A DNA stretch of 62,758 bases, the filler included, from Stramenopiles sp. TOSAG23-2 (lineage: Eukaryota): NCBI GenBank assembly GCA_900128395.1. It is 15 parts of 15 records of this genome, joined end to end, with 100 filler letters (N's around TTAATTAATTAA, not from the genome) between each part and the next. Parts side by side here need not be neighbours in the genome. Positions count along the whole stretch, not along the records: positions 1 to 4,549 come from LT650864.1; positions 4,650 to 9,196 come from LT650865.1; positions 9,297 to 13,841 come from LT650866.1; 12 more parts are not named here. The stretch is one strand, 5' to 3'. Both the position numbers and the translations under genes were made by a program. Under the pieces are notes generated by a model. That model did not search any database and was not told the origin of the DNA. It was given only the letters and a program-made list of their open reading frames with translations. Positions 1 through 11,701 of the stretch are shown here, piece after piece (the stretch's first letter is position 1; the number at the start of each line of letters is the position of its first letter).

Positions 1-1691
1 CGATAAAGAACAAAAGTATAATAAACCCCATACTAATAAAAATATACGTAAAAATTTCCATATACCTAATATTGTGGGGAGTATACAATGTATATATATA
101 TGTATATATAAATGTTGTGCAATGTGTTAGTGTTGAAGAGATATCTATATATATATATATAGTATTATATATATTTACAAAACATAATAAACTTACCAGT
201 TGGATCTTCATGAAAATCATATAATGGATTTGTAAATTCTGTCATTTTAATCCAACTATATGTAACAGCACCAACAACTAAAAATAATAATATAATGATA
301 GTCTTTGTTGCACATACACATGTACATTGTTTGAAACATAAACAACAACGTTTATGAAATCTACCACCGGTAATATCTTCATCATCATCACTTAAATCAT
401 CAAATTCAACAAGCCAAAATGCAAATAAAATACCCATGAAAAACAATTCAAATAAAACACCTAATACACCAAAGAAACGTCTTAATTCACTAATATATTC
501 AAATACATTTAATGGATTATTAAAAAACATTAAACCGATTAATAATAATCGTACCCATATTTTAGATGACATTTGTTTTGCTTGCAGACGTAATGATTGT
601 CTACGTCGAATAGTATTATTATTATTGCCATTATCATTTCTTCCCAATTCTCCTCCATGATTATGATTATTATTATTATTGTCCATTCTTCTATTACTAT
701 TTGCAGAGGAAGATCTTGAACGTTGTTGTAATTTATTACGTTTACAAATTTGACATTCAAATAATATAAATGCAATCATATTAATACCAAAGAATATATA
801 TTTAAATACCAATTTGTAAACACTAAATTTTGGATTTTGAAATAAATATTTAAATGATACTAAATCAATAATATTTTTTTGTTCTTGACTAACTTCATGC
901 ATTGATAAACGAAAATAATAATTATGATATTCAACATGTGTTGTTTTAAATAATACCATTGGTAAACATGATTTATCATTTTCCCTACAACGTAATGTAC
1001 GTGTTACTGTTTGATTTTGTGCTAATTCATCCCAATGTGTATATGAATCTATTTCTTCACTATTTGAACATACTTGTAAAATCTTATCTTTTGCTGTTTT
1101 CTCTTGATCACTTGATGTACTAGTAGATGATGATGAAGAACTACTTGTATCACAATTTAATCCTAATGAACGAATACAACGATAACATGGAACATTACAT
1201 CGTGCACATGGTCCTTTACTACCAGCTTTTAAACAATTTGCTGGGTCTTGTTCATTGTTTTTTAAACAATCCGTACATCCATCCGATTTACATGTACCTT
1301 GTTCACCTGAACGTCCTACCCATGTTAATTTCATAGTCATTGGTAACTTTGCACCATCTTTAATATATTGATCTTTTACAGTGAAATATGCATCGACACT
1401 GAAATATTGTGTAAAAAAATCATCAATTTTAAAATAATGTGCATAACAATTTGTATCATCAATTGGATTTCCATATACATCTACTACGCATTCTGAATTT
1501 AAGATATCTAAATCTGTACCACTATTACCATTTGGTGCTTTTGTTATAAAATATGGTATTTGACGTGATTGTAAAATACCAAGTCCCATCGTAGTTACTA
1601 AACATACTAATATTAATGCACAAAATGCTAAAAAATTCTTTTTACTCCATGTACCAATACGTACAGGTAAATAATCTCTTGAACGTTCCAT
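1..1691 (-). CDS. TMEM181: TMEM181/Wntless-like multi-pass membrane protein, 3'-partial; exons 1691-197 and 65-<1, intron 66-196
   Basis: N-terminal TM, lumenal domain, then TM helices including WVRLLLIGLMFFNNPL and LFAFWLVEFD, typical of TMEM181. A G|GTAAGT donor at 196 and TTAG| acceptor at 66 continue the frame as GIWKFLRIFLLVWGLLYF (another TM) to the window edge. Confidence 0.7.
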
Positions 1692-2178
1692 TCTTTTTTT
1701 CTCGTCGTTTATAAGTATGTATATTTAATTATGTCGATTTTGCGTGTTGTTCTATATACTATGTAATACAATATTATTTAAAATGTACCTATAAATATTA
1801 ATATATTATATCCAAAATATCTTATATAATTCACAAATATTAAAAAATAAAAGATGTTGAATGTGATCTTTATCTTTATCTCTCTCTCTCTCTAATTGAT
1901 ATATGTGATCTAAAGTTCTGTATATATATATTATACGCACGAGGTATATATTAATGCATATACAATAGTTATTTTACTTATATATATATATATATATATA
2001 TTGTTGACAACACTGTGTATGTTTGTGTGTGTACAAAAAATGATTTTTAATTGTATTTAATATTTATTTAAATAATATTCAAAATTTTAAATGGAAAAAC
2101 AACCAACTTCACAAAAAACACCTTCACACACAACAAACATAATATATACACAAAAAGACGACCCCACACACACATACA

Positions 2179-3900
2179 TCAAATGACACGTAATAAATTA
2201 TCAATCTTTTCATATGTCTTATCAATGCGTTTCTTATCAATACGTTTTTGAAAATGTTCCAAACCATATATAAAATCTTTGGAAATGTTTGGTACAGGAT
2301 GTCGATTCTTATACAATTCAAACATTTCTTCAATTCGCATATATGGTAAACCATTACGTGTTGGATCATTTGTAATACCACGTTTAATAATTAACATACT
2401 TAATAATGCACTTGGACTCACTGTAGTACCTTTTCTACAATGTATTAATACTTTTTTACCTTCGTATAATTTTTTAGATAATAAATTACCAAATTCAGGT
2501 AAGATACGTAATAATTCTTTCCATGATTTCGAACCAATGGCATCATTGCATTCAAAATGATAATGTTCAATATCATATTCATATTTTAACCATTGTGCAG
2601 GTGCTTTTGTCATTGAACGTGTTGATAATAAGGATATGACACAATTAATATCACATGCTTTTGTACGTTCCTCATTGCATGAATTACGATTACCAACCCA
2701 TACTTCACAATCACCATTACCAAGCCATGGATCGGTTTCTTTTTCTAATATTTTATGTGATGGTTGTTCTTTTAAAAATTCTAATAATATTTCTATAATT
2801 TCCGGACGATGATTTTCCTCTGCAATTTGTAATGTCGTTTTCTTTGTATATGTTCTACGATATATATTTGCACCATTTTGTAATAAAAATTTAATCATAT
2901 CAATGTTTCCATTTTGTACTGCATAATGTAATGGTGACCATCCATCTTTTGTATCAACTTGATAAATATCTGCACCCATTTCAAAGAAATTTTTCACCAT
3001 TGTTAAATTACCACTAATTGCACATAAATGCAATGGAGTACGTCCAAATTTATCAACAATAGTTAATAATTTACCACTTTTACTTGAACGATAATTTAAT
3101 AATAATTCAACACATTTGGCTTGTCCTTTTTTTTTTATATATATATACAGTTTTTGTGGTGTTGTTGTTGGTGGGGGAAAAGTTTGGTGTTGTTGTTATT
3201 GGTGGTGATAGTAGTGAATATAATGGTTAATAATTTGATTAGATTGATACTTAATTACAGTTCATAACAACTTACCATGAAATGCAGCAACATGTAATGG
3301 TGTCATACCATTGTTTTCTTGTGTATATACATCTAAATTTTTTTTTAATAATAATTTAGTTACATCAATATTACCACTACCTACTGCATGGTGTAAAGCA
3401 GTCCATCCAATTTCATCTCTATAATCACGATCTATACTAATCATTGATGTGTACATATCTACAAATTCCAAATTTCCCATTTTAGCTGCTTTTAAATATT
3501 CTAAACAATTACGACGACGTATTTCAATTTCTTCTGGTGTTAATCCAGCATTCATTCTATCTTTTAATACAGTTGCAATAAAATGTATTTGTTCTTTAAC
3601 TAATAACCATTTACTTTTACGTAACGCCATTGTTAATTCTATTGGACGTATTTTATAATTATCTAATGTTTCTATGATATCATCATACGAGGAAAATAAT
3701 ACGTCATGTTCCCCTATTTTACAAACAACAGTTCCAATCCGTAAATTTGTTAAAAAGGATGTATAAAATTCTTTATCTTCCTCTGATATCCAACGATGTA
3801 CACAAGCACCATATAAACCTATTGTTGGACGTAACGTAAATGGTAACTCATCCCCGTTAATATCTAATTTAAAAACAGTGAAAGGTAAGATATCTGCCAT
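2179..3900 (-). CDS. PDZ-like + ankyrin repeats + dual-specificity-phosphatase-like domain protein; exons 3900-3276 and 3125-2179, intron 3126-3275
   Basis: Splicing CAT G|GTAAGT...AAAAG|GA CAA joins ORFs 3262-3900 and 2179-3033 into continuous ankyrin repeats (GWTALHHA, GMTPLHVAAFHGQAKCVELLL, GRTPLHLCA, GWSPLHYA). C-terminal VWVGN...KVLIHCRKGTTVS is DSP-like. N-terminal IGTVVCKIGEHDV...RPIELTM is PDZ-like. Confidence 0.8.
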
Positions 3901-4549
3901 GATTTTTTTTTAATATCAATTACGTTTTTAAATCTTTGGCATGTATGGATAATAATATGTATAATGTGGGTTATGTTTTATATGTATGTATATGGTTGGT
4001 AGATTGGTGTATGTGTAAATGTATATGTAATAGTTGTTACGTTGTTATTGTTATAATACTATTTATAACTGTTGTTGTTGTGTATTGTGTTTGTTACTTG
4101 AAAAAGTCTGTTGTTTGTTGTTCGTCTACAATGATGTGTCTATATTAATTATATAAGTCTATAAATAAAACGGCACAGCATTGAAAACGGGGTCCTATTA
4201 AAAATTAAATATTCGATACTTGCTAGACTAATCACTAATACGAGTCAAAATGCCTATCTAACGAAGAAATAACAAAGCACATCATTGAAAACCCTTCTTC
4301 CTTCCTGAATTAATATGGAAATAGCAGGTAAACTCCTCTCAGCACCTCACATTTCCATCAATTCCTTCCATCAATCAAAAAGTAAAAAATGGACAAGTTG
4401 GAGGATAAATTTATATATAAATTGTTCTAGAGGTCTCCTTTCCAAGTATAAATCATTTATATCAATGACCCACTATGTATATGCTATTCCTTAGTATACT
4501 ACATTTTATCACCTAGCATAACGTTTTTATTTTGTGGTCAACAGCAAAA

Positions 4550-4649
4550 NNNNNNNNNNNNNNNNNNNNNNNNNNNNNNNNNNNNNNNNNNNNTTAATTA
4601 ATTAANNNNNNNNNNNNNNNNNNNNNNNNNNNNNNNNNNNNNNNNNNNN
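4550..4649. other. Artificial contig linker (N44-TTAATTAATTAA-N44, stops in all six frames)
   Basis: Identical 100-nt spacers also at 9197-9296, 13842-13941, 18483-18582, 23122-23221, 27761-27860, 32395-32494, 37029-37128, 41663-41762, 46291-46390, 50918-51017, 55539-55638, 60151-60250 and 61455-61554. The contigs between them decrease in length. Confidence 0.98.
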
Positions 4650-4914
4650 ATATTAGTGAAATTTGTGCTAAATTTATTGACTTTACAAACATTGCCAGGA
4701 TTGCCAGATTGCAGCAAATATACAAAAATCACCTCATCCTAACTCACACCCCTTAAAAAACAAATGTAGGGCTCGCCCCTCGCCGTACGGCATTTTTTTT
4801 AATAATTTAATAAATTCACCACAGCATACCAATACTTGTTAGAATATAATAATTATATAGGAATTTATTTTCTTTCACCACTTTTGTACTTTAAACTTTT
4901 TTATATAATAAAAA

Positions 4915-5639
4915 TCATTCATTTCCTTGACCTTTGGCCCAAAATTTTTCAGCTTTCGATACTTTGTTCTGTTTATTATCATCATCAATTAAGATTGGAG
5001 GAGGTGGTAGTGATTTTTCCGACGTGATTTTATTAGCATTAGCCATTTCTTCTTCTCGCTTTGTATTTTTACCTCCCTCCGTTTCTGGTTTCACTTTCAC
5101 TTTTCTATCTTTCAATCTTCTTCCTCCTCGTCCGTTGCTTCTCTCATTTCTCCAAATCCATTTGGAATAATACTTATTGCACCTCCATTGTATGCTACGT
5201 TTGATGTGAATGTACTACTTTCTATTTTAATTTGTCCAGATGCTGACATAGCAACTCCTCCACCGTATTTAATAGCTGAATTTAAATTGAATTTGACATT
5301 CTTTAAAATGACACTTGTTGCGCCTTTTATGTACAAAGCTCCACCAGAGTGATCCTTACATACTTTACAACTGGCTTGTTTGCTTAGGTCTTGGTATTGA
5401 CCAGTTGCACATTCCTTGCAATCAGTATTTGTATGCGCATTTTCACCCATGTATGTCCCAGGGAAACAACCGACGCACATCAAGCCCGAACGGGAGACAT
5501 GTTCTCCTGCGTTGCATTCCTTTCCCCCACCACCAGGTCCAGCACCATGCACAACATACATTTGATAACATATACAAAATAATATTAACATGCAATACGT
5601 TGCCACGCTGATAGTACATACTACCCAACATTTCATCAT
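4915..5639 (-). pseudogene. Truncated or collapsed surface protein: signal/TM + ephrin-receptor-like (GCC2/GCC3) Cys repeats + Pmp-like GGA(I/L) repeats, frameshifted tail
   Basis: Hydrophobic N-terminus, CxxCxxGxY...CxxC repeats (CVGCFPGTY, CKECATGQYQD), then GGALYI/GGGVAM/FTSNVAYNGGAI repeats. Early stop at 5112, with a charged tail in another frame (4915-5115). Confidence 0.5.
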
Positions 5640-6400
5640 TATTATATATTAATAAAATTACAATTACAAAGATATAAAATAATAAATAATTACTATTAAT
5701 AAACAATTGAAACAACAATATATGTTTATACAACAATATTCACTTGGATATGTCCAATGATATATATTAATATGATACACATACACACATCTATATCCAT
5801 TTTATATTATAAACATGTGTCCTACGTGTAAATATATTTATATATATTTATTCAATTATTATACAATAAAATCCATAGAAGATATTGATCAATCAGTAGC
5901 TGATCCTAATAATGCTGTGTTCATATATAATTGAAAGCAAGAAGCATTTTTGGCAAAATGATGAGTATAAATTTTTGTGTGCCGCATCACTGCCTCTATT
6001 TTTAATCAAAGCAAAAGGAAAAAAATGAAACGATTCTTAGAACTAAAAATGTGATCTTCTTTAAGGTATATTATGTTTTTTTTGATTATTTTCCTATATA
6101 ATTACACATATTCTAATAAGTACTTATTATTTTTTGATTTGAGGAAATAAAAAATGAATCAAGTTAAAGTAGTCGTCTAGCTTTTAATGTATTATAAGTT
6201 TATATTTATAATATTCATATTTAGTAGAATAGATGTGAGAATAGATTGATATATTACGTTGATCATCATTATTATTATTCAAAATATCTATATCGATCAT
6301 TATTACGATTGTGTGTGTATAACTGTGTGTGTGTTTCTTTTGGCGTCTTTTTTACGTGTAGATATATACAACAGGAAAAAAAAATAAAAGTACAAAAAAA

Positions 6401-6976
6401 ATGTCAGCAGCTGCAAGATTAAGAAAAGAGTTAACTGATTTAATAAAAGGTGAAGCTGAGTCTGGTGTCGTTGCAACACCGATTAATGATAATATAATGC
6501 ATTTAACTGGTACATTGAAAGGGCCTGATGGCACGCCATATGACGGTGGCACGTTTATAGTAGACATAATGATCCCACAACAATATCCTTTTGAACCACC
6601 AAAAATGAAATTTACAACGAAAGTATGGCATCCTAATATTAGTTCACAAACCGGTGCAATATGTCTTGATATATTGAAGGATAAATGGTCTCCAGCACTT
6701 ACTATAAAAACTGCATTATTGTCATTACAAGCATTATTATCAGCACCAGAACCAGATGATCCACAAGATGCTCAAGTTGCAGGGATGTACAAAAATGACA
6801 GACCAAAATTTAATGAAACTGCAAGCCAATGGACAGCAATGTATGCACAAGCTGATTCAAGTAGTCCAGAAATTGAACAAATTATAGCTATGGGATTTTC
6901 AAAAGATGCTGCTAGAGATGCATTAGCAAGTAATGGTGGTGATGTACAAGCAGCATTAAATTCATTGTTAGGGTAG
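6401..6976 (+). CDS. UBE2K: Ubiquitin-conjugating enzyme E2-25K/Ubc1 with C-terminal UBA domain
   Basis: GPDGTPYDGG, YPFEPPKMKF, WHPNISSQTGAICLDILKDKWSPALT (active-site Cys), UBA motif IIAMGFSKDAARDAL. Confidence 0.95.
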   Translation: MSAAARLRKELTDLIKGEAESGVVATPINDNIMHLTGTLKGPDGTPYDGGTFIVDIMIPQQYPFEPPKMKFTTKVWHPNISSQTGAICLDILKDKWSPALTIKTALLSLQALLSAPEPDDPQDAQVAGMYKNDRPKFNETASQWTAMYAQADSSSPEIEQIIAMGFSKDAARDALASNGGDVQAALNSLLG

Positions 6977-7170
6977 AGAGCTTAAACGTATGATATATAA
7001 AACCATATTTTATAAAATATATTAATATATAGAGTTTCGGTTAAAGTCTTTTCATGACAGTATTCGGGCCAGGTGCTTTTGTGCTGTTCGCATCATGTAT
7101 TCATATATACATCACCCCCTTACAGTACCCTTTTCGTGTTAGTGTTGATATTTACATATAAAAAATATGT

Positions 7171-8697
7171 TTATTTCTTCTGATTCATGAAGAATTTATC
7201 AATATAATTCTTGCTAGCCATTTCATGCAATCTTGATGCAGCTCGTTGGAATGCAAATGATAATTCAACAACAGAAGCTAATTGATTTTCACGTATTTTA
7301 CCAGTTGGTCTATCTTCTGCTGGATCAACACCACCTTTGTCTATCTCTGTTTTCAATTCTTTTTCTTCTTCCTCAACTTCATCATATACAGGTGATAAAA
7401 ATAAATCTTTTGCTTCTGTTTCTGCTAAACAAACTACACGTATTTTTGCTTCATAAAATTGATCAATACATGTAATAAACCTTCTTGCTTCATCATGTAA
7501 TTCAGTAGACATTTGTGGTATATTGTATATAAATATTGTATGATAAAATTGTGCCAATGCATTGTAATCACCAGCACCTAGATCTTTACGACATAAATCA
7601 TTAAAATCAAATTTACAAATACGACCATATGAAGATGGAATTTGAATCGTACGACCAAATTTACTAGAAAATTGTAAATTATGTTGAAGCTCTTTTTCTT
7701 CTGTTTCTTCTTCTGCTTGGCATAATTTATCAAATAAATGATTAAATTCCATTTCATTTTTACTTGTAATTGGATTCAAAAATGTATTAACAACATTAGA
7801 ATCATCTTCATCTTGATCAAGTAATAATCGATAATCGATATTTGTTTCATATGGAAAAACACGACAATAATTTGACAAAGAATCAATAAATGGTAAAAAA
7901 TAATGTCGATTCAAACCATTTTCATATAAATCACTTGGTGGTCTATTTGATGTTGCAACAACTATTGTTCCATTTTTCCACATTGTATTAAATAATTTTG
8001 TCATAATTAATGCATCTGCAATATCTGTTACTTGAAATTCATCGAAACATAAAAGTAATGCTTCATTTGATATATCCAATGCAACTTGTATGATAGCATC
8101 TGATTCTGGTGATAAATCGATTTTACCAAGTTTATCATCATTGTTGTTCTTCTTCTTCTTTTTTGTTAAATTATTTTTTTTACTTTCCTCATATTTCAAT
8201 GTTTTCCATGTATGTATTCGTTCATGTATTTCTGACATGAAATCATGAAAATGTACACGTCGTTTCTTTACTACAGGGCATGTGTTGTAAAATAAATCCA
8301 TGCAAATACTTTTACCAGTACCAACAGATCCATGTAAATACAATCCACGTGGATGACGTGGTGGTGAAGGTGGAGATAGTTTATTGTTGTTACTATTGAT
8401 ACCTGTATCTTCGTCTTCTTCCTTATATTTTTCATCCTGTTTTTGATGTTGAATTTTCAATTCATCATAATATTCATTTAATTTTATTTGATATTCATTT
8501 CGTTCATCTTCAAACATACACATTTTAATGGATAACTTTTCTAGCTTTTGAATTGCTAATTCTTGTGCTTTATCATGCTTTAATGTTTCATTATTCAACA
8601 ATTGTAAATATTTTTCCGCAACACCAGAAAAATATTTAAATACATTTCCATGTCGATATTTATTGTAATTTACCACTTTTTTAATTAAAATATTCAT
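7171..8697 (-). CDS. AFG1L: AFG1-like mitochondrial ATPase (AFG1L/LACE1, ZapE family)
   Basis: RGLYLHGSVGTGKS Walker A, RRVHFHDFM, LLCFDEFQVTDIADA, VATSNRPPSDLYENGLNR, ARRFITCID, FAFQRAASRLHEM. Confidence 0.93.
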   Translation of the reverse strand: MNILIKKVVNYNKYRHGNVFKYFSGVAEKYLQLLNNETLKHDKAQELAIQKLEKLSIKMCMFEDERNEYQIKLNEYYDELKIQHQKQDEKYKEEDEDTGINSNNNKLSPPSPPRHPRGLYLHGSVGTGKSICMDLFYNTCPVVKKRRVHFHDFMSEIHERIHTWKTLKYEESKKNNLTKKKKKNNNDDKLGKIDLSPESDAIIQVALDISNEALLLCFDEFQVTDIADALIMTKLFNTMWKNGTIVVATSNRPPSDLYENGLNRHYFLPFIDSLSNYCRVFPYETNIDYRLLLDQDEDDSNVVNTFLNPITSKNEMEFNHLFDKLCQAEEETEEKELQHNLQFSSKFGRTIQIPSSYGRICKFDFNDLCRKDLGAGDYNALAQFYHTIFIYNIPQMSTELHDEARRFITCIDQFYEAKIRVVCLAETEAKDLFLSPVYDEVEEEEKELKTEIDKGGVDPAEDRPTGKIRENQLASVVELSFAFQRAASRLHEMASKNYIDKFFMNQKK

Positions 8698-9069
8698 AAT
8701 TATTTATATATTAATCCACCCAAGAAATTTATACCGACAAAAGAGTTTTTTACACAAGTTATAATTAATTAATGTTGATTATTCTATCTATTTAAATTAA
8801 TGATTGAACATACAATAATAGGTAAATACTTCTTGTTAATTTTTATATATCTTTTGTTGAAGTACATGTTGTATTGATATTACATTTGTATTCGATGGAG
8901 ATGTGAATTAGAATGTTCGCTGGAGGAAGAAAATGAAGAGATTAGTAGTAGTTCATGTATTTAACTTATAACTATTAGTCTATAACTATATGATATATAC
9001 TAAAATATTGTAGATTGTAAACATACATACATAGAACGAATTTCATTGCATCAACATTATTATACCATC

Positions 9070-9196
9070 ATGAGAATCAAAGTAGTAGATAAAGAAACAA
9101 ATAAATCTGCCATATACAATTATAATGAACAAAATAACTTTTATGATTTAAAACAATTTATCATTGAAAAATTTGAAAATTTTACAAATGTTGATA
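9070..9196 (+). CDS. 5' fragment of a gene, possibly with a ubiquitin-like N-terminus (cut by contig end)
   Basis: ATG at 9070, MRIKVVDKETNKSAIYNY...FYDLKQFI open to the contig edge; weak UBL-like pattern. Confidence 0.35.
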
Positions 9197-9296
9197 NNNN
9201 NNNNNNNNNNNNNNNNNNNNNNNNNNNNNNNNNNNNNNNNTTAATTAATTAANNNNNNNNNNNNNNNNNNNNNNNNNNNNNNNNNNNNNNNNNNNN

Positions 9297-9589
9297 CATT
9301 GGAAGATTCATCACAAGCTGAAGTGTTAGAAGAAAAACGATTTGAAGCTATTGAAGATTATTTACGAAATGAATGGTTACGACAGCATGGAAATGGCAGT
9401 AGAGGTAGTGATGGTACACCAGAGGAAGATCGTGAAATAATGAAAACAGAGTTATGCCGTTTAATGTATCATGCAAAACAAGAGCATTTATTTTCAAAAC
9501 AATTTGGTACATTAACAAAAATGCGATTTCCAAAAATAAATGCATCATCGGGTAGTAGTAACAAAAGAAGTCGTAGAAAAAGAATGTAA
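9297..9589 (+). CDS. 3' fragment of a hypothetical protein
   Basis: Open from the contig start with protein-like composition, ending in basic NKRSRRKRM*. Confidence 0.45.
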
Positions 9590-10041
9590 AAACAAGAAAA
9601 GAGGAAGGGGGTGGGAAATGTAAAAAAAATAATGTACGCGAACGGTATATTTTATATGATACATTTTTATATTTATTCATGCTTTAGTATAGAGTATAGA
9701 GTGTATTAGTTTGCAGAGATGCATTTAGAGCTTTACTAATAAGTAGGATTAGAATATATTATTCTTGAGATTTTGGAGAGTGTTGACAAAGCATATATTA
9801 CGAAAGTACCTTTAGCCAGGTTTAGCACGGGGGAAGTAAAATTTTATTATTTTAAAAAGAAGCAAATATTAAAAATTTTATATTTTTAAATAACACTATA
9901 TGATGATGTATGTATCTAAATAGATAAAATATGCTTTCGCCACACGATTTCATACACCCTCTAGTAACTGCTAGGAAGAAGCACAAACCTAAATTTTTAA
10001 TTGTTTTCACTCTCCACCACATATCCCTTTTTCTTTTAAAT

Positions 10042-11346
10042 TTAAATTGCTGCGACAGCTTTAGCTGCTGCATCATCCAAATCAACTGCACTAATTAATC
10101 CTGGAATAGCTGCTTTATCAATAATATCTTTTGCAATGTCAGAATTTGTACCTTCTAACCTAACAATTAATGGCATATCCAATCCAACGGATTGATATGC
10201 ATTGACAATGCCAGTTGCAACTGTATCACAACGTACAATTCCACCAAAGATATTAATCAACAATGCTTTTACATTGCTATCAGAGTTTACAATTTCAAAT
10301 GCATCTGCAACTTGTTTTTCATTGACACCACCACCTAAATCACAAAAGTTCGCTGGATCACCACCATTTAATTTAATAATATCCATAGTAGCCATTGCTA
10401 ATCCGGCACCATTTACCATGCATCCAATGTTACCATCCAATCCGATATATTCCACTCCTACTTCATCTGCTCGCACATCACGTTCATCTTCCATGCTTGT
10501 ATCGCGCATTGCATAGATTTCTTTTTGGCGGTATGATGCATTATCATCAAATCCAAGCTTTGCATCTACACAAAATACTTGTGAATCTGCTCCTACATAA
10601 TTTGCCTCTGCAAATGGATTAATTTCAACTTGAACAGCATCTGTACCAATCATTAAATCATACAAATTGGACATTTGTTCTTGTGCATCTTTCATGTTTT
10701 CTGGTGCGAAACCTAATGCTTTTGCAATACGTTCCGTTTGCTCCGGTTGTACACCTGCTTTAATATCAATTGCTTCCGTGACAATAGCATCTGGATTTGT
10801 CTCTGCAACTTCTTCAATATCCATACCACCTTCACTACTAGCAACCATAACTGGGCCATTATGCGCTCTATCCATCAATATAGCAAAATATTTTTCACTT
10901 GTAATGCTTAAGCCTTCATTGACTAAAACCATGTTGCATGGTTGGCCAGCATCACCAGTTTGCTTTGTTACTAAGGTATTGCCAAGCATTTGTCCAGTTA
11001 AATCTTGGACTTCCGAAGGTTCAGTTAAAATTTGCACACCACCTTTTAATCCATTTTCTAGAAAGTGACCTTTACCACGTCCACCTGCATGTACTTGTGC
11101 TTTTAAAATCAATTCAGCATCTGGGTTGGATTTTTTAATATCTTGTGCAATTGCAAATGCATCTGCAGCATTGTCCGCTTCTTTCCCACGTTGCGTACGT
11201 ACATTATATTTATCCATTACATTTTTTGATTGATATTCATGTAAATTTAAGCGTCTTACCTGTTCCCCAACGACGTTTCCACCAATTAATGGTGAGAATT
11301 TTTTGCAAATATTTTTTGTAGTAGTTCTTGATAATAATAATGCCAT
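10042..11346 (-). CDS. sucC: Mitochondrial succinyl-CoA ligase beta subunit (ADP- vs GDP-forming not resolved)
   Basis: Presequence then RRLNLHEYQSK, KAQVHAGGRGKG, GGMDIEEVA, VEINPF, DAKLGFDDNA, GNIGCMVNGAGLAMATMD, INIFGGIVRCD, IVRLEGTN. Confidence 0.96.
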   Translation of the reverse strand: MALLLSRTTTKNICKKFSPLIGGNVVGEQVRRLNLHEYQSKNVMDKYNVRTQRGKEADNAADAFAIAQDIKKSNPDAELILKAQVHAGGRGKGHFLENGLKGGVQILTEPSEVQDLTGQMLGNTLVTKQTGDAGQPCNMVLVNEGLSITSEKYFAILMDRAHNGPVMVASSEGGMDIEEVAETNPDAIVTEAIDIKAGVQPEQTERIAKALGFAPENMKDAQEQMSNLYDLMIGTDAVQVEINPFAEANYVGADSQVFCVDAKLGFDDNASYRQKEIYAMRDTSMEDERDVRADEVGVEYIGLDGNIGCMVNGAGLAMATMDIIKLNGGDPANFCDLGGGVNEKQVADAFEIVNSDSNVKALLINIFGGIVRCDTVATGIVNAYQSVGLDMPLIVRLEGTNSDIAKDIIDKAAIPGLISAVDLDDAAAKAVAAI

Positions 11347-11701
11347 GATGTGTATGTATTAATATTTTGTTGTTTTGTTTTGTTGTTAATAATAATAATG
11401 GTTGTTGTTATGTATGTATATGCCTGTCTTTGTTTCCATCGGTTGGGGTAGTAGTCTGGATCCAATGTACATATATATTCTATTCTATTAGGAGAACAAA
11501 TCTATTTATTCATTCATTTTTACAACATCCGGTATATCCTTCACAGCTGTTGTGTGGTGCTGGTGGATTTGATTCTAAAAAGCAGGTAAATAGCATTGAT
11601 TATAAAATGGTATACACTTTCATCATCTTTAAACAAATCATGATCTTCAACATGTACCTTGCCGGTTTTTACATCTTGTATCACTTTATCTTCTTCTTGG
11701 T

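Noticed and set aside
4768-4800. GC-rich mini-palindromes (GGGCTCGCCC, GCCGTACGGC) followed by a T-run, resembling a rho-independent terminator or Helitron end
   Set aside because: Eukaryotic context, very short stems, single copy, no CTRR terminus seen.
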